Positions 37,612 through 47,448 of a DNA stretch of 64,000 nt are shown in pieces (positions within the stretch are counted from its first letter, which is position 1; each line of letters begins with the position of its first letter). A model generated the notes under the pieces. The model searched no databases and had not been told where the DNA came from. It worked only from the letters and a program-made list of their open reading frames with translations. Where the stretch lies: NCBI RefSeq assembly GCF_000737315.1, contig NZ_JMCB01000008.1, forward strand, positions 1-64,000. Direction: 5' to 3'. Origin of the DNA: Hyalangium minutum. GTDB taxonomy: Bacteria; Myxococcota; Myxococcia; Myxococcales; Myxococcaceae. Position numbers and translations under genes: made by a program.

Positions 37612-38457
37612 TCAGACAAGCCGCCGGGCCCGGCTGGCCCGCACCGCGTCGGCCACCATGCCCCCCTGCCCGAGGAGCTTCTCCTCCAGGGTCGCCATCT
37701 TCCGGGCGTCCTGGGGGCGCTCGTGGTCGTGCCCGAGCAGGTGCAGCAGGCCGTGAGCAAGGTAGCGGGACACCTCCTGCTCCAGCGTCCGGCTGTACTC
37801 CTTGGCCTGCCGCTTGGCCGTGTCCAGGGAGATGACCACGTCCCCCAGCTGCCGCGGCCCCGGCGTGCCCTTGGGCAGATCGCCCGCCGGGAAGCTCAGC
37901 ACGTCCGTGGCCTTGTCCTTCTTGCGCCACGTCCGGTTGAGCCGGCGGATCGCCCGGTCCCCCACCAGCGAGAGGGACAGCTCACAGCCGTGCAGGTCCA
38001 GCCGGTCCATGTACGTGCGCCCCAGCGAGGCGAGCCACTTCTCCATCGCCTCGCCCTGGGCGTGCGCCACCTGCACGGTGACGTGGTTGGCCTCGGGGGT
38101 CTCCTCCACGGTCTCTGCGTGCGCCAGCTCGGGCCGGAACGCCGGGGCGCAGATGGACCAATAGTCACATGCCCCCTGCCCGTCGTTGCTGTACGTGACG
38201 CGCCGGCCCCGGGGCACCCAGCCCACCTCTCCCGCGGCGATGCGCTCGCGCTTGCCGTCGATGACCAGCGTCAGCTCGCCGCGCAGCACCAGCACGGCCT
38301 CGTCGAACTCGGGCTTCTGCGCGGGCTCGGACCAGCCCGGCGGCGCCAGCATCCGCGCCACGGACACGGAGGGATTCCCCGTGGTCGCCGCGCCAATGAA
38401 CTCCTCGATGCGCTTCCCATCCTCGCGGGGGATGAGCTTTCCCTTGCGCAGTCTCAC
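37612..38457 (-). CDS. ybeY: Cupin-YbeY fusion (rRNA maturation endoribonuclease)
   Basis: C-terminal LNRTWRKKDKATDVLSFP, LGDVVIS, HGLLHLLGHDH; N-terminal cupin (PGWSEPAQKPEFDE..VLRGEL). Confidence 0.9.
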   Translation of the reverse strand: MRLRKGKLIPREDGKRIEEFIGAATTGNPSVSVARMLAPPGWSEPAQKPEFDEAVLVLRGELTLVIDGKRERIAAGEVGWVPRGRRVTYSNDGQGACDYWSICAPAFRPELAHAETVEETPEANHVTVQVAHAQGEAMEKWLASLGRTYMDRLDLHGCELSLSLVGDRAIRRLNRTWRKKDKATDVLSFPAGDLPKGTPGPRQLGDVVISLDTAKRQAKEYSRTLEQEVSRYLAHGLLHLLGHDHERPQDARKMATLEEKLLGQGGMVADAVRASRARRLV

Positions 38458-38484
38458 GATGTGCGGCTCCTCGGGGGGACAGCC

Positions 38485-41010
38485 TCAGGCGCTGCGGATC
38501 TTGCCATCCTGCTTGGACGAGGACGCCACCACCAGCGGGCCCGTCTTCGAGCCTCCCGCCAGCGCTCCAGCCGGGTACTGCGGACGGGCGTGGTAGATGC
38601 CCTCGAGCGTGTGGAGAAACGAGCCGGCGATCCGGTTCAGGTCCTTCAGCGTCAGATCGCACTCGTCCAGCTGGCCCTCGGAGAAGATGAGGTTGATCAT
38701 CTTCTGCACCTGCGCCTGGAGCTTCGGCGAGCTCGGCTCGGGCATGGCGCGCGTGGAGGCCTCCACCGCGTCCGCGATCATCACCAGCGCCGCCTCGCGG
38801 AACTGGGGCTTGGGGCCCGGGTAGCGGAAGATGCTCTCGTCGATGGGCTGAGGGTTCTCCTTGCCCTCCTGCTCCTTCACCGCCTTGTGGAAGAAGTAGC
38901 CCACCAGCCGCGTGCCGTGGTGCTGAGGGATTGCGTCCGCCACCAGCTTGGGCAGCCGGTAGTGCCGCGCCATCTCCAGGCCCTCCGTCACATGGCGCTT
39001 GATGATGACCGCGCTCATGGCCGGCGCCAGCGTGTCGTGCCGGTTATCGCCCTTCTGGTTCTCGCCGAAGTAGAGCGGGTTCCGGCCCTTTCCAATGTCG
39101 TGGTAGTACGCGCACGAGCGCGCCAGCAGCGGGTTGGCCCCAATGGCCTCCGCCGCGTTCTCCACCAGCGTCCCGATGATGATCGAGTGGTGGTAGGTGC
39201 CCGGCGCCTGGACGATGAGCTCCTTGAGCGCCGGGTGGTTCAGGTTGGCCAGCTCCAGCAGCTTGATGTCCGAGGCGTAGCCGAACGTGGCCTCGATGAG
39301 CGGCGTGAGCGCCATCACCATCACCGGCACCGCGAACGCCGTGCCCAGGAAGGCGAACAGCGCCGTGAGCGCCGTGTCTCCCGTGAGCCCCTTGCCCTCC
39401 ACCATGAAGAGGCACAGCACCGCCACCAGGTTCACGATCCCGGTGATGAGGCCCGCCTTGAAGATGCCCACCCTGTCTCTCGCCCGCGTGATCCGGTCGG
39501 CAGCCACCAGCGCGCCCACCAGGGAGTAGACGCCGAACGACAGCGAGTTGCCCAGCATCACCCCCGCCAGGCACGCCAGCACGACGGCGAAGAAGAGCGA
39601 CAGCTCCTCGGACAGGACGAAGCGCACCAGCATTGCGCCAGCCGCCACTGGGAAGGCGTAGTACAGCGCCTCGATGGGCAGCGCCGTGTAGCGATCCTGC
39701 ACCGCGTCAGCGATGGACACCCAGAGCTGCAGCAGCCCCAGCATCACCACCAGCCAGAGCCCCAGCAGCACCCCATCCTTGCGCGTAGGCCGGAACCGCC
39801 GGAACGCCGTGCGGCAGAACACGAACGAGGCCGAGATCAGCAGCGCCACCAGCCCCGTGCCCCCCACCTGGAGCTGCAGCAGATCCAGTTGGTCCGTCTG
39901 CGCGCGCATCCCCTTGAGGATGATGAGGTGCGTCTCGTTCACCAGCTCGCCGTCGCCGATGACGCGCTGCCCCTTCTTCAAGGAGATGATGGAATCCTTC
40001 ACCGCCCCGGCCGCCTTCAGGCGCCGCGCGTTCGTCTCCGCGATGTTGATGGTGAGATCCGGCCGCACCAGCCGCTTGGCCAGCCGCAGCACCGCCCGGC
40101 GCTGAATACCCGGCGCGTCCGGCAGCAGGTTGCCCGGGATGGACGCGAACCGATCCATCTCCGTGTAGGCCTCGCGCGTGTCCATCACGTTCGCCGCGTT
40201 GCCCGGCAGCATCTGCTCCCCGCTGTGGCGCACATCCCGGACCGTGATGCCCTGAGGCCCCTCGCGCAGCAGTTCCTCGCGCGAGCCGGCGATGTAGAGC
40301 GGCCCCCGCTCCGAGCCATACGCGCGCTCCAGGAGCACCAGCGTGGCCGCCTCGGCTTCCTCGGAGAACCCGTTGGACAGCAGCGCCAGGAAGTCCTCCG
40401 CCTCCACCGCCGTGTCCCGCTGGCGGAAGAGCAGTTCCTGGAAGTCGCCCTGCATCACCTCGCGCTCTTTGCGCTGGCGCTCCAGCTCCTCGGGCGTGGG
40501 CGGAACGGGCTTCTTCGGCTTGGGCGCCGGCGCCCCCTTCCGCGCATCGCCGTCCTTGCGTACCTCTGGCTCCCCTTCCCCACCTGGGCCACTCGTCTCG
40601 GCGGTCCGGGTGGCCAGATGGACGCGCATCGCCGCGAAGGCCCGCTTCACCGAGCCGCGGACCTGATCCACGACGGCGGGGTTCAAGTCATACACGGGCA
40701 GCACGGAGTTGCGGGCCTCCTGGCGCCGCTGATCCGTCATTGCACTGTGAGTGACTTCGTAGTCACGGCCCGCCTTGAAGCCCGCGGGCGAGTTGGCCCG
40801 GAAGGGCTTGCCCAGCGAGGCCTCCGTGAGTGCGGGGATCTGCTGGCTGTAGAGCCCGGGGGAGATGACGAAGCCAGCGGCCACGGACACCCCGAGCAAC
40901 AGCACGGCGAGGCTCAGGCGGCGGCCCCAGGCTTTGTCTTCCACCCCCAGACGCCGCATCAGCGCGTCCAGGGGGCTCGGCCTGGGGGTAGAGGGTTCCG
41001 TTTCGGCCAT
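38485..41010 (-). CDS. 7TM-HD phosphohydrolase (YqfF/PgpH family)
   Basis: Extracytoplasmic domain, 7 TM, APGTYHHS, YYHDIGK, HVTEG, QHHGT, ADAVEA; lies between phoH and ybeY. Confidence 0.9.
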   Translation of the reverse strand: MAETEPSTPRPSPLDALMRRLGVEDKAWGRRLSLAVLLLGVSVAAGFVISPGLYSQQIPALTEASLGKPFRANSPAGFKAGRDYEVTHSAMTDQRRQEARNSVLPVYDLNPAVVDQVRGSVKRAFAAMRVHLATRTAETSGPGGEGEPEVRKDGDARKGAPAPKPKKPVPPTPEELERQRKEREVMQGDFQELLFRQRDTAVEAEDFLALLSNGFSEEAEAATLVLLERAYGSERGPLYIAGSREELLREGPQGITVRDVRHSGEQMLPGNAANVMDTREAYTEMDRFASIPGNLLPDAPGIQRRAVLRLAKRLVRPDLTINIAETNARRLKAAGAVKDSIISLKKGQRVIGDGELVNETHLIILKGMRAQTDQLDLLQLQVGGTGLVALLISASFVFCRTAFRRFRPTRKDGVLLGLWLVVMLGLLQLWVSIADAVQDRYTALPIEALYYAFPVAAGAMLVRFVLSEELSLFFAVVLACLAGVMLGNSLSFGVYSLVGALVAADRITRARDRVGIFKAGLITGIVNLVAVLCLFMVEGKGLTGDTALTALFAFLGTAFAVPVMVMALTPLIEATFGYASDIKLLELANLNHPALKELIVQAPGTYHHSIIIGTLVENAAEAIGANPLLARSCAYYHDIGKGRNPLYFGENQKGDNRHDTLAPAMSAVIIKRHVTEGLEMARHYRLPKLVADAIPQHHGTRLVGYFFHKAVKEQEGKENPQPIDESIFRYPGPKPQFREAALVMIADAVEASTRAMPEPSSPKLQAQVQKMINLIFSEGQLDECDLTLKDLNRIAGSFLHTLEGIYHARPQYPAGALAGGSKTGPLVVASSSKQDGKIRSA

Positions 41011-41118
41011 GGAACCCCGACCCTATGCAACCCGGGACCGCCCTATCAAGGACGCAGGGCCTCTCCAGGCCCCTGCGCCGGTCGCCAGGAAGCTGGCCAA
41101 ACGGCCAACCCCTTGAAA

Positions 41119-42222
41119 TCACGTGGCGATGGGCTCTTCTTCGACTTCAGGCGTCTCGGGCTCCGAGGGGTCCTGCGCCTCGACGGCAGCCGCTTCCTTG
41201 GACGCCTCGGCCTTGGCCACCTCGAACTTGTCGTAAGCCCGGATGACTTCCTGGACGAGGGGGTGGCGTACCACATCCACCTCCGAGAACTCGGAGAAGC
41301 AGATGCCTTCGATGTTCCGGAGGATGGACCGGGCGTGGTTCAGGCCGGACATCTTCCCCACGGGCAGGTCCACCTGCGTCACGTCACCCGTCACCACGGC
41401 CTTGCTGTTGTAGCCCAGGCGCGTGAGGAACATCTTCATCTGCTCGACGGTGGTGTTCTGCGCCTCGTCGAGGATGACGAACGCGTCATTGAGCGTGCGG
41501 CCGCGCATGAAGGCCAGCGGGGCCACTTCGATGACGCCCTGCTCCACGAGCGCCGAGGCACGGTCTCCCGCCATCATGTCGTGCAGCGCGTCATAGAGCG
41601 GCCGCAGGTACGGGTTCACCTTCTCCGCCAGGTCTCCGGGCAGGAAGCCGAGCTTCTCGCCCGCCTCCACCGCCGGCCGAGCCAGGATGATGCGCTTGAC
41701 CTTGCGCTCCTGGAGGAAGGCGACGGCCATGGCCATGGCCAGGTAGGTTTTTCCCGTACCGGCCGGGCCAATGCCGAAGACGATGTCGTGGGAGCGGATG
41801 GCCTCCACGTAGCGCTTCTGGGCAATGCTCTTGGGAGCAATCTGGCGGTTGCCGGAGCTCTTGAGGACAGGGCCCAGCATGACTTCGCCCAGGGACTCGG
41901 CACCGCCGCGGCCCAGGACCTTGATGGCCTGCTCCACGTCCTCGCGGTACACGGTGCGTCCGGCGCGGATCATCTCCTCGAGGTTCTCCACGAGGCGCAC
42001 AGCGAAGGCCACCGCATCCGAAGGGCCGGACAGGAGCAGCTCGGTGCCGCGCTGTCCCACACGCACGCCGAGGCGCCGCTCCATCAACTTCAGGTTTTCA
42101 TTCTGGTTGCCGCACAGCGCCAAGGCGGTCTGATTGTCCTGAACATCGACCTTGGCAGAGGTGGGGCGGACGGCGGGCGCTTCCAACGTGGCAGGGTTTC
42201 TCAAGTAGGTCCGTTCCTCCAT
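41119..42222 (-). CDS. phoH: PhoH family ATPase
   Basis: [54 protein letters not shown]. Confidence 0.95.
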   Translation of the reverse strand: MEERTYLRNPATLEAPAVRPTSAKVDVQDNQTALALCGNQNENLKLMERRLGVRVGQRGTELLLSGPSDAVAFAVRLVENLEEMIRAGRTVYREDVEQAIKVLGRGGAESLGEVMLGPVLKSSGNRQIAPKSIAQKRYVEAIRSHDIVFGIGPAGTGKTYLAMAMAVAFLQERKVKRIILARPAVEAGEKLGFLPGDLAEKVNPYLRPLYDALHDMMAGDRASALVEQGVIEVAPLAFMRGRTLNDAFVILDEAQNTTVEQMKMFLTRLGYNSKAVVTGDVTQVDLPVGKMSGLNHARSILRNIEGICFSEFSEVDVVRHPLVQEVIRAYDKFEVAKAEASKEAAAVEAQDPSEPETPEVEEEPIAT

Positions 42223-42290
42223 TCAGCTCACTATCCCGGACTCAACGTAACGTCGGCCCCTGACCCGGGAAAGGGAGGCAGGCGAGCGGG

Positions 42291-43463
42291 CTACTGGAGG
42301 GGAGGCAGCAACACGAACTCCCGAGCAGCCAGCCGGCGGTAATAGTACTGCTCCCGCCAGGGGTAACGCAGCTCTTCTGGCTTTAACAGCCCGGCCTCCA
42401 CCAGCGCATCCAACTTCTCGGGCAGCTCTCCCCGCTCCAGGCGGAACACCTCCAGCGCGGCCTCAATCCGCTTGACTTGGGCACGGGAGATGAAGCGCTC
42501 GGCCGCTGGGTCGGAGAACGTGGAGGCAGGCGTGCTGGCCAATGAGATGGCGCCCGAGAGCTGGGCCACCACGAAGAGGATGGCACCCAGGGCGGCCATG
42601 CTGGCGCTGAGGTTGCCGAGGCCCCGGCCCACCTTCTGGATGACGCCGTTGCGCTCGGTCGTGGTCCCCGCACCATCCGCCGAGGAGGGCTTGATGTACT
42701 GCAGGTTGATCAGGTTGAGCAGGGCCTTGCAGGTCTCGAACTCGCCCAGGCAGCAGATGTCGATCAGCTTCCGGACGTCGCGGCCCGGACCGACCTTCTC
42801 GTAGACGGCGCGCTCGGAGTCGCCCACGGACGCGAAGTCACCCTTGTTCTCGTCCTTCTTCTTCTCCGCGAACGCGTCATCGAAGGCCGCGTCGAAGTCC
42901 ACCTCTTGCTTGCGAGGGGGCGGCAGCGGCTTGAGCGTCTCGAAGGTCGTCTCGTACCGGTTGATCTTCTTTCGGATCACCGGCCATTCGTCGACCATCC
43001 GGAAGCCTTCCATCAGCACCGACTCGGCACGCAGGGGCGTAATGGCCTCCGAGTCGTTCTCGACGGGCTCCGCCTTGAACTCGTAGGTGCCCGCGTCCCA
43101 GCTGAAGAGGCGGTAGATGGTCTCCGTCGCCTGCAACTGCATCATCTTCTTGAAGCGGTCGGCGGTGATGGCGCCGCTGGAGACGAGCACGTCCCCGAGC
43201 CGCTTCAAGGTGCGGCGCTGTGTCTCCAGCGCCTCGTCGAGCTGAGCCTCGGTGATGATCTCGGCCCGGACGAGCATGCTGCCGATGAGGTCCTTCTTCT
43301 TACGGGTGACGCTCTCCACCCGGGCGATGTTGCCGTCCTTGAAGAAGATGTTGACCTCCTGCTCCTTGTTGGCCAGGCAGAGCTGCCCTGTCTTCTGCTG
43401 CTGGCCAATGAGCTGCAGGATGTCGGCGATTCCGAAGTCCTTGAGGGTTCCCTGAAGAGCCAT
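42291..43463 (-). CDS. DUF4388 domain membrane protein with MshEN-like motif
   Basis: MALQGTLKDFGIADILQLI..KTG; tandem 24-aa RLG-type motifs; one TM; C-terminal YxLxxGxLPxxLxxLVxxG-type segment. Confidence 0.8.
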   Translation of the reverse strand: MALQGTLKDFGIADILQLIGQQQKTGQLCLANKEQEVNIFFKDGNIARVESVTRKKKDLIGSMLVRAEIITEAQLDEALETQRRTLKRLGDVLVSSGAITADRFKKMMQLQATETIYRLFSWDAGTYEFKAEPVENDSEAITPLRAESVLMEGFRMVDEWPVIRKKINRYETTFETLKPLPPPRKQEVDFDAAFDDAFAEKKKDENKGDFASVGDSERAVYEKVGPGRDVRKLIDICCLGEFETCKALLNLINLQYIKPSSADGAGTTTERNGVIQKVGRGLGNLSASMAALGAILFVVAQLSGAISLASTPASTFSDPAAERFISRAQVKRIEAALEVFRLERGELPEKLDALVEAGLLKPEELRYPWREQYYYRRLAAREFVLLPPLQ

Positions 43464-43475
43464 GGTGTTTCGGCA

Positions 43476-45710
43476 CTACTCCGCCTGGCGCTTGCGCAGC
43501 CCGCGCAGCGTCAAGAGATAGAGAGGAAGGATCAGCAGCGCGGCCGGGAGGATCTTCAGATACACCGGAGCCTCGCCATACGGGGGTGGGAACAAGCCGT
43601 CACGCAAGAACACGACGGACAGGGCCAGCAGGAACAAGAAGCTGTAGATGGCCCCGCGGATGGGCAGCCCGGAGAAGATGTGGCCCGCTCCGGATATCAG
43701 TGCCCCGAGCGCCAGGGCCAACCGGCCCATCCACGTCTGGTGGCGCTGGACCTCGGCCTGCTTGCGGGCCCGGAGCTGCTCGGGCACCACGCCCTTGCGG
43801 GCGAAGACGTTGGTGCACTGGCTGCACATGAACGCGCCCCGGCCCAGCTCCGGATCGCAGCGGCGGCACACCGGACGGCCGCACTTGTCGCAGGACTTCG
43901 TCGCCACCAGCCGGTCCCGGGCGTAGCCCCACGCGAAGAAGATCAGCGCGAAGACGAAGGGGTACACGCGCGCGACCATGCCCGAGGCCCCCAGCAGCAC
44001 GCGATCGAGCTGGGTCTCCACACGCTCGCTGGAGGTCGAGCCATCCGCCAGGGCCAGAACCTCGCCCATGGGAAGCGTCGGAGACAGCAGGAGCAGGTTC
44101 ACCAGGAGGCGGTCGTCCTTGGGGAGATCCCGCTGCAGAAGGTCGGGATCCAGCCGCTGCGCCACATCCATGGTCTGCTTGGCGCGCTCCAGCGCGGCGC
44201 CCACCTGGGCATCCGGCAGCCCACGGGCCTGGTGCCGATAGAGCAGCGCCAGATTGTAGGGAGCGGCCGCGAGCGAGCCATCCGCCTGCTGCGCCTCCTG
44301 GTAGAGCCGCGTGGCGCCCTCCATGTCCTCGGCGGCCAGCAGCACGTTGCCGTAGTTGGTGAGCAGCAGGGCGTTGCGCTGCTTCAGGGCCGCCGCCGCC
44401 TTGTAGGCCGAGGCGGCCTCCTGGAGCTGCCCCCGGCGGGCCTGGTAGCGCCCGAGCGCGAACAGCTCCGCGAAGGTGGCCTCCTTGTTGGCCTGGCGCT
44501 CGAGCACCCGCGCCGCCGCGTCATCGCCGGTGAAGCCGCCGCGCTCCAGCAGGTACACGTCCTCGGCCACCGTGCCCGCGAAAGCGGTGACACCGGCCAG
44601 CTGGCCCGCGGCCAGAGGAATGGCCCCGACCAGCGCCAGCAGCACCGCCGCCACGGCGCGCTCGGTCACCGTCAGGTAGAGCGCCGTCGCCGCGAACAGC
44701 ACGAGCAGCACCGGCACCACCCCCAGCCCCAGCAGCAGCGGCGTGAGCAGCACCGCCGCCGCCACCGCGATGGACTGGATGCGGCCCAGCCCGCGCGGGA
44801 ACAGGTGGTGGAAGTCATGAAGGATGTAGCGCAGCCGCTTGCCGAAGAGCACGCCCACCACCGCCACCGCCGTGGCCAGCAGCGCCAGCAGCGCCATGGC
44901 CCCCACGTTCGCCAGCGCCGGCCGCCAGAAGCGAGGATCCTTCACCATCGCGCTGACGCCCGCTTGGACTTCGCCCACGTAGTTGCCCACGGCGCCCAGG
45001 TTGTTGCGCGCATAGGCATCCGCCAGCGCGAAGTGCGCGTACGGCAGGTTCGGCGAGAGCGACACCGCGGCCTCGGCCAGCTTGATGGCCCGGCCCGTGT
45101 CCTTGGCCTTGAGCTTCTCCTGAGACTCCCTCAGCAAGCTCACGCTGAAGGCGTCGAAATCGGTCGCGGACACCTCGTCTCGCAGCTGGAGCAGGGCCAT
45201 GCGCCCCTTCTCCGCCTCTGCCGCGTCTCCCTTCTGCCGGGACTCCTTCCAGCGATTCCAGACCAACAGCAGATCCGCGTCCGAGATGCGCGGCGCCAGC
45301 AGGGGCGGCGGAGGCGCCCGGGTCGGCTCGGGGGGCTTCGCGGGCGTGGCCGTGCCGGGCACTCCCGTTGGAGTCCCTTCCGGGCTTCCCGGTGCCGGGA
45401 CCGGGGTGGGAGAGGCGGGCGTGCCCGGCTTCTTCAGATCCGGCGGAGGCGGAGCCTCGGCCTCAGCGTCGGGGTCGGCCTCCTCTTCCTCGTCGCGCTG
45501 GGCCTTGGCGCCCTTGCCCTTCTTCTTCTTCTTGGGCGGCGGATCCTCATCCTCGTAGGCGGAGTCGTCCGAGTCGCTGTCCGAGCTGACGTCGGGATCC
45601 ACCTCCTGGAGAGGCGTGGGCGTGTCGATCTGCGCGTTCGCCCTCACGGCCGTGAGCAGCGAAAGGCAGAAGAGCACCGGGAGGAGACGAGAACAAAAGG
45701 AGTGAGGCAT
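43476..45710 (-). CDS. TPR-containing multi-pass membrane protein with Cys6 (B-box-like) motif
   Basis: Signal peptide, acidic/Pro-rich linker, TPR repeats, several TM helices, CDKC-x4-CRRC-x10-CSQC; ATG at 45710. Confidence 0.75.
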   Translation of the reverse strand: MPHSFCSRLLPVLFCLSLLTAVRANAQIDTPTPLQEVDPDVSSDSDSDDSAYEDEDPPPKKKKKGKGAKAQRDEEEEADPDAEAEAPPPPDLKKPGTPASPTPVPAPGSPEGTPTGVPGTATPAKPPEPTRAPPPPLLAPRISDADLLLVWNRWKESRQKGDAAEAEKGRMALLQLRDEVSATDFDAFSVSLLRESQEKLKAKDTGRAIKLAEAAVSLSPNLPYAHFALADAYARNNLGAVGNYVGEVQAGVSAMVKDPRFWRPALANVGAMALLALLATAVAVVGVLFGKRLRYILHDFHHLFPRGLGRIQSIAVAAAVLLTPLLLGLGVVPVLLVLFAATALYLTVTERAVAAVLLALVGAIPLAAGQLAGVTAFAGTVAEDVYLLERGGFTGDDAAARVLERQANKEATFAELFALGRYQARRGQLQEAASAYKAAAALKQRNALLLTNYGNVLLAAEDMEGATRLYQEAQQADGSLAAAPYNLALLYRHQARGLPDAQVGAALERAKQTMDVAQRLDPDLLQRDLPKDDRLLVNLLLLSPTLPMGEVLALADGSTSSERVETQLDRVLLGASGMVARVYPFVFALIFFAWGYARDRLVATKSCDKCGRPVCRRCDPELGRGAFMCSQCTNVFARKGVVPEQLRARKQAEVQRHQTWMGRLALALGALISGAGHIFSGLPIRGAIYSFLFLLALSVVFLRDGLFPPPYGEAPVYLKILPAALLILPLYLLTLRGLRKRQAE

Positions 45711-45858
45711 CCGGACTTTCGATGATAGGCGAGGCCCCCGAACGGCGAAAGCAATCGCCCCCCTCCCGCCCCCTGGCTTACCGGGTAGGCGGCCATTTCC
45801 GGGGATCGAGCAGCCAAGCCCTGGCAGAGACCAGGCCGGTTCGGAGGTTGGTCCACAC

Positions 45859-47034
45859 ATGAGCGCAAGTGGGTCGGAGCTGGAACGGTTGGTGCGGATC
45901 ATGGAGCGCCTACGGGCCGATGGGGGCTGCCCCTGGGACCGGGAGCAGGACCTGCGCTCGATGCGCCCCTACCTCGTCGAGGAGACCTTCGAGGTGCTCG
46001 ATGAGATGGACCGGGTGGCCTACGGCGGGCCGTGGCGCTCGCTGTGCGAGGAGCTGGGAGATCTCCTCTTCCAGATCGTCTTCCACGCCCAGCTGGCGGC
46101 CGAGAAGGGCGAGTTCACCATGGCCGACGTCTGCCGCGCCATCAGCGACAAGATCGAGAGCCGCCACCCCCACGTCTTCGGCCAGCGCGAGGTGAAGGGC
46201 TCCGAGGAGGTCCTCTTCAACTGGGCCAAGCTCAAGGCCGAGGAGAAGAAGCGCAAGACGGGCCGGGAGGGCTCGGTGCTCGACGGCGTGCCCACCGCCG
46301 CCCCCGGCCTGCTGCGCGCCGAGCGCCTCACCGAGAAGGCCAGCCGCATCGGCTTCGACTGGCCGGACGTCGCGGGCGTGCGCGCCAAGCTCGACGAGGA
46401 GCTGCGCGAGCTGGACGAGGCCATTGCCTCCGGCAACCGGGACGAGCTCGAGCACGAGCTGGGCGATGTCCTCTTCTCCCTGGCCAACCTGGGCCGCTTC
46501 CTCAAGACGCCGCCCGAGGACGCCCTGCGCATGGCCATCCGCCGCTTCATCACCCGCTTCCAGCACATTGAATCCGCGCTGAAGGCCGAGGGCGTCCCCC
46601 TAGGTGAGGCCACATTGGAGCACATGGAGCGACACTGGCAGGCAGCCAAGAAGGCGGAGAAGGCCCTGCCGCCCCCCGCTTCCCTGCCCCGGGCGCCGCT
46701 CACCTCGCTGCGGTTCTCCGTGCCGGACGTGAAGGCGCAGAAGGCGTTCTGGGACACCGTGGCGCCGCTGATCGGCTGGCGAAGCGAGCGCGGCACTCCG
46801 GGCGAGGCCCACTACGGCGATGGGGCCCTGCGCCTGGAGTTCGCTCCAGGAGCGGGCTCGGGAGCCTCCGCAGGCGCTGCGCCCACGCTGTCCCTGGGGG
46901 CACCGTCTGATCGGGCGCTGAAGCGGCTCCGGGAGGCACTGGAGGCCTCGCACCCGGGGGCAGTACAGACGGCCGAGCCCTCACGGATCCGGTTCCGGGA
47001 CCCGGCCGGACTGCTCTGGGACTACACCGCGTAG
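45859..47034 (+). CDS. mazG: MazG nucleoside triphosphate pyrophosphohydrolase with C-terminal VOC-like domain
   Basis: CPWDREQ, EETFEVLD, EELGDLLFQIVFHA, second MazG repeat ELGDVLFSLANL, KF/RF..RF; ~110-aa tail ending RFRDPAG. Confidence 0.92.
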   Translation: MSASGSELERLVRIMERLRADGGCPWDREQDLRSMRPYLVEETFEVLDEMDRVAYGGPWRSLCEELGDLLFQIVFHAQLAAEKGEFTMADVCRAISDKIESRHPHVFGQREVKGSEEVLFNWAKLKAEEKKRKTGREGSVLDGVPTAAPGLLRAERLTEKASRIGFDWPDVAGVRAKLDEELRELDEAIASGNRDELEHELGDVLFSLANLGRFLKTPPEDALRMAIRRFITRFQHIESALKAEGVPLGEATLEHMERHWQAAKKAEKALPPPASLPRAPLTSLRFSVPDVKAQKAFWDTVAPLIGWRSERGTPGEAHYGDGALRLEFAPGAGSGASAGAAPTLSLGAPSDRALKRLREALEASHPGAVQTAEPSRIRFRDPAGLLWDYTA

Positions 47035-47044
47035 AACGAGCACC

Positions 47045-47073
47045 TTGACGCTCGGGGGACCTCGCTGTAGGTA
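47045..47073 (+). promoter_or_regulatory. Putative sigma70 promoter of rpsT
   Basis: TTGACG-N17-TAGGTA followed by CGCCCCC. Confidence 0.5.
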
Positions 47074-47126
47074 CGCCCCCCTCTTTTCAGGTTTCAGGAT
47101 TCCACAGCAGTCCGTTGGAGATTACC

Positions 47127-47402
47127 TTGGCGAACACCAAGTCCGCAGAGAAGCGTAACCGTCAGGCCCAGAAGCGCCGCGCTCGCAACACCACCGTGCG
47201 CACCACCGTCAAGACCGCCCTGAAGAAGGCCCGCGAGACCATCGCGACCAAGGACGCGGCGAAGACCCCGGACGCCCTGAAGGACGCCATCCGCACGCTG
47301 AACAAGGCCGCCTCCAAGGGCGTGATTCACCCGCGCAACGCCTCGCGCCGCATCGCCCGCCTGACCAAGGCCGCCCAGGCCTCCAAGGCCGCGACCAAGT
47401 AA
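47127..47402 (+). CDS. rpsT: 30S ribosomal protein S20
   Basis: MANTKSAEKRNRQ..RARN, KAASKGVIHPRNASRR; TTG start 6 nt after GGAG. Confidence 0.96.
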   Translation: MANTKSAEKRNRQAQKRRARNTTVRTTVKTALKKARETIATKDAAKTPDALKDAIRTLNKAASKGVIHPRNASRRIARLTKAAQASKAATK

Positions 47403-47448
47403 TCCTGCCGCTGTCCTGTGCTGCTCCGAAGCGCTCCTCGCGGGCGCT

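Noticed and set aside
37723-42342. 1539-aa + strand ORF
   Set aside because: Antisense shadow of ybeY, 7TM-HD and phoH; the translation has no family motifs
47094-47330. 78-aa ORF antisense to rpsT
   Set aside because: Lies almost wholly opposite a conserved ribosomal protein gene; no independent support
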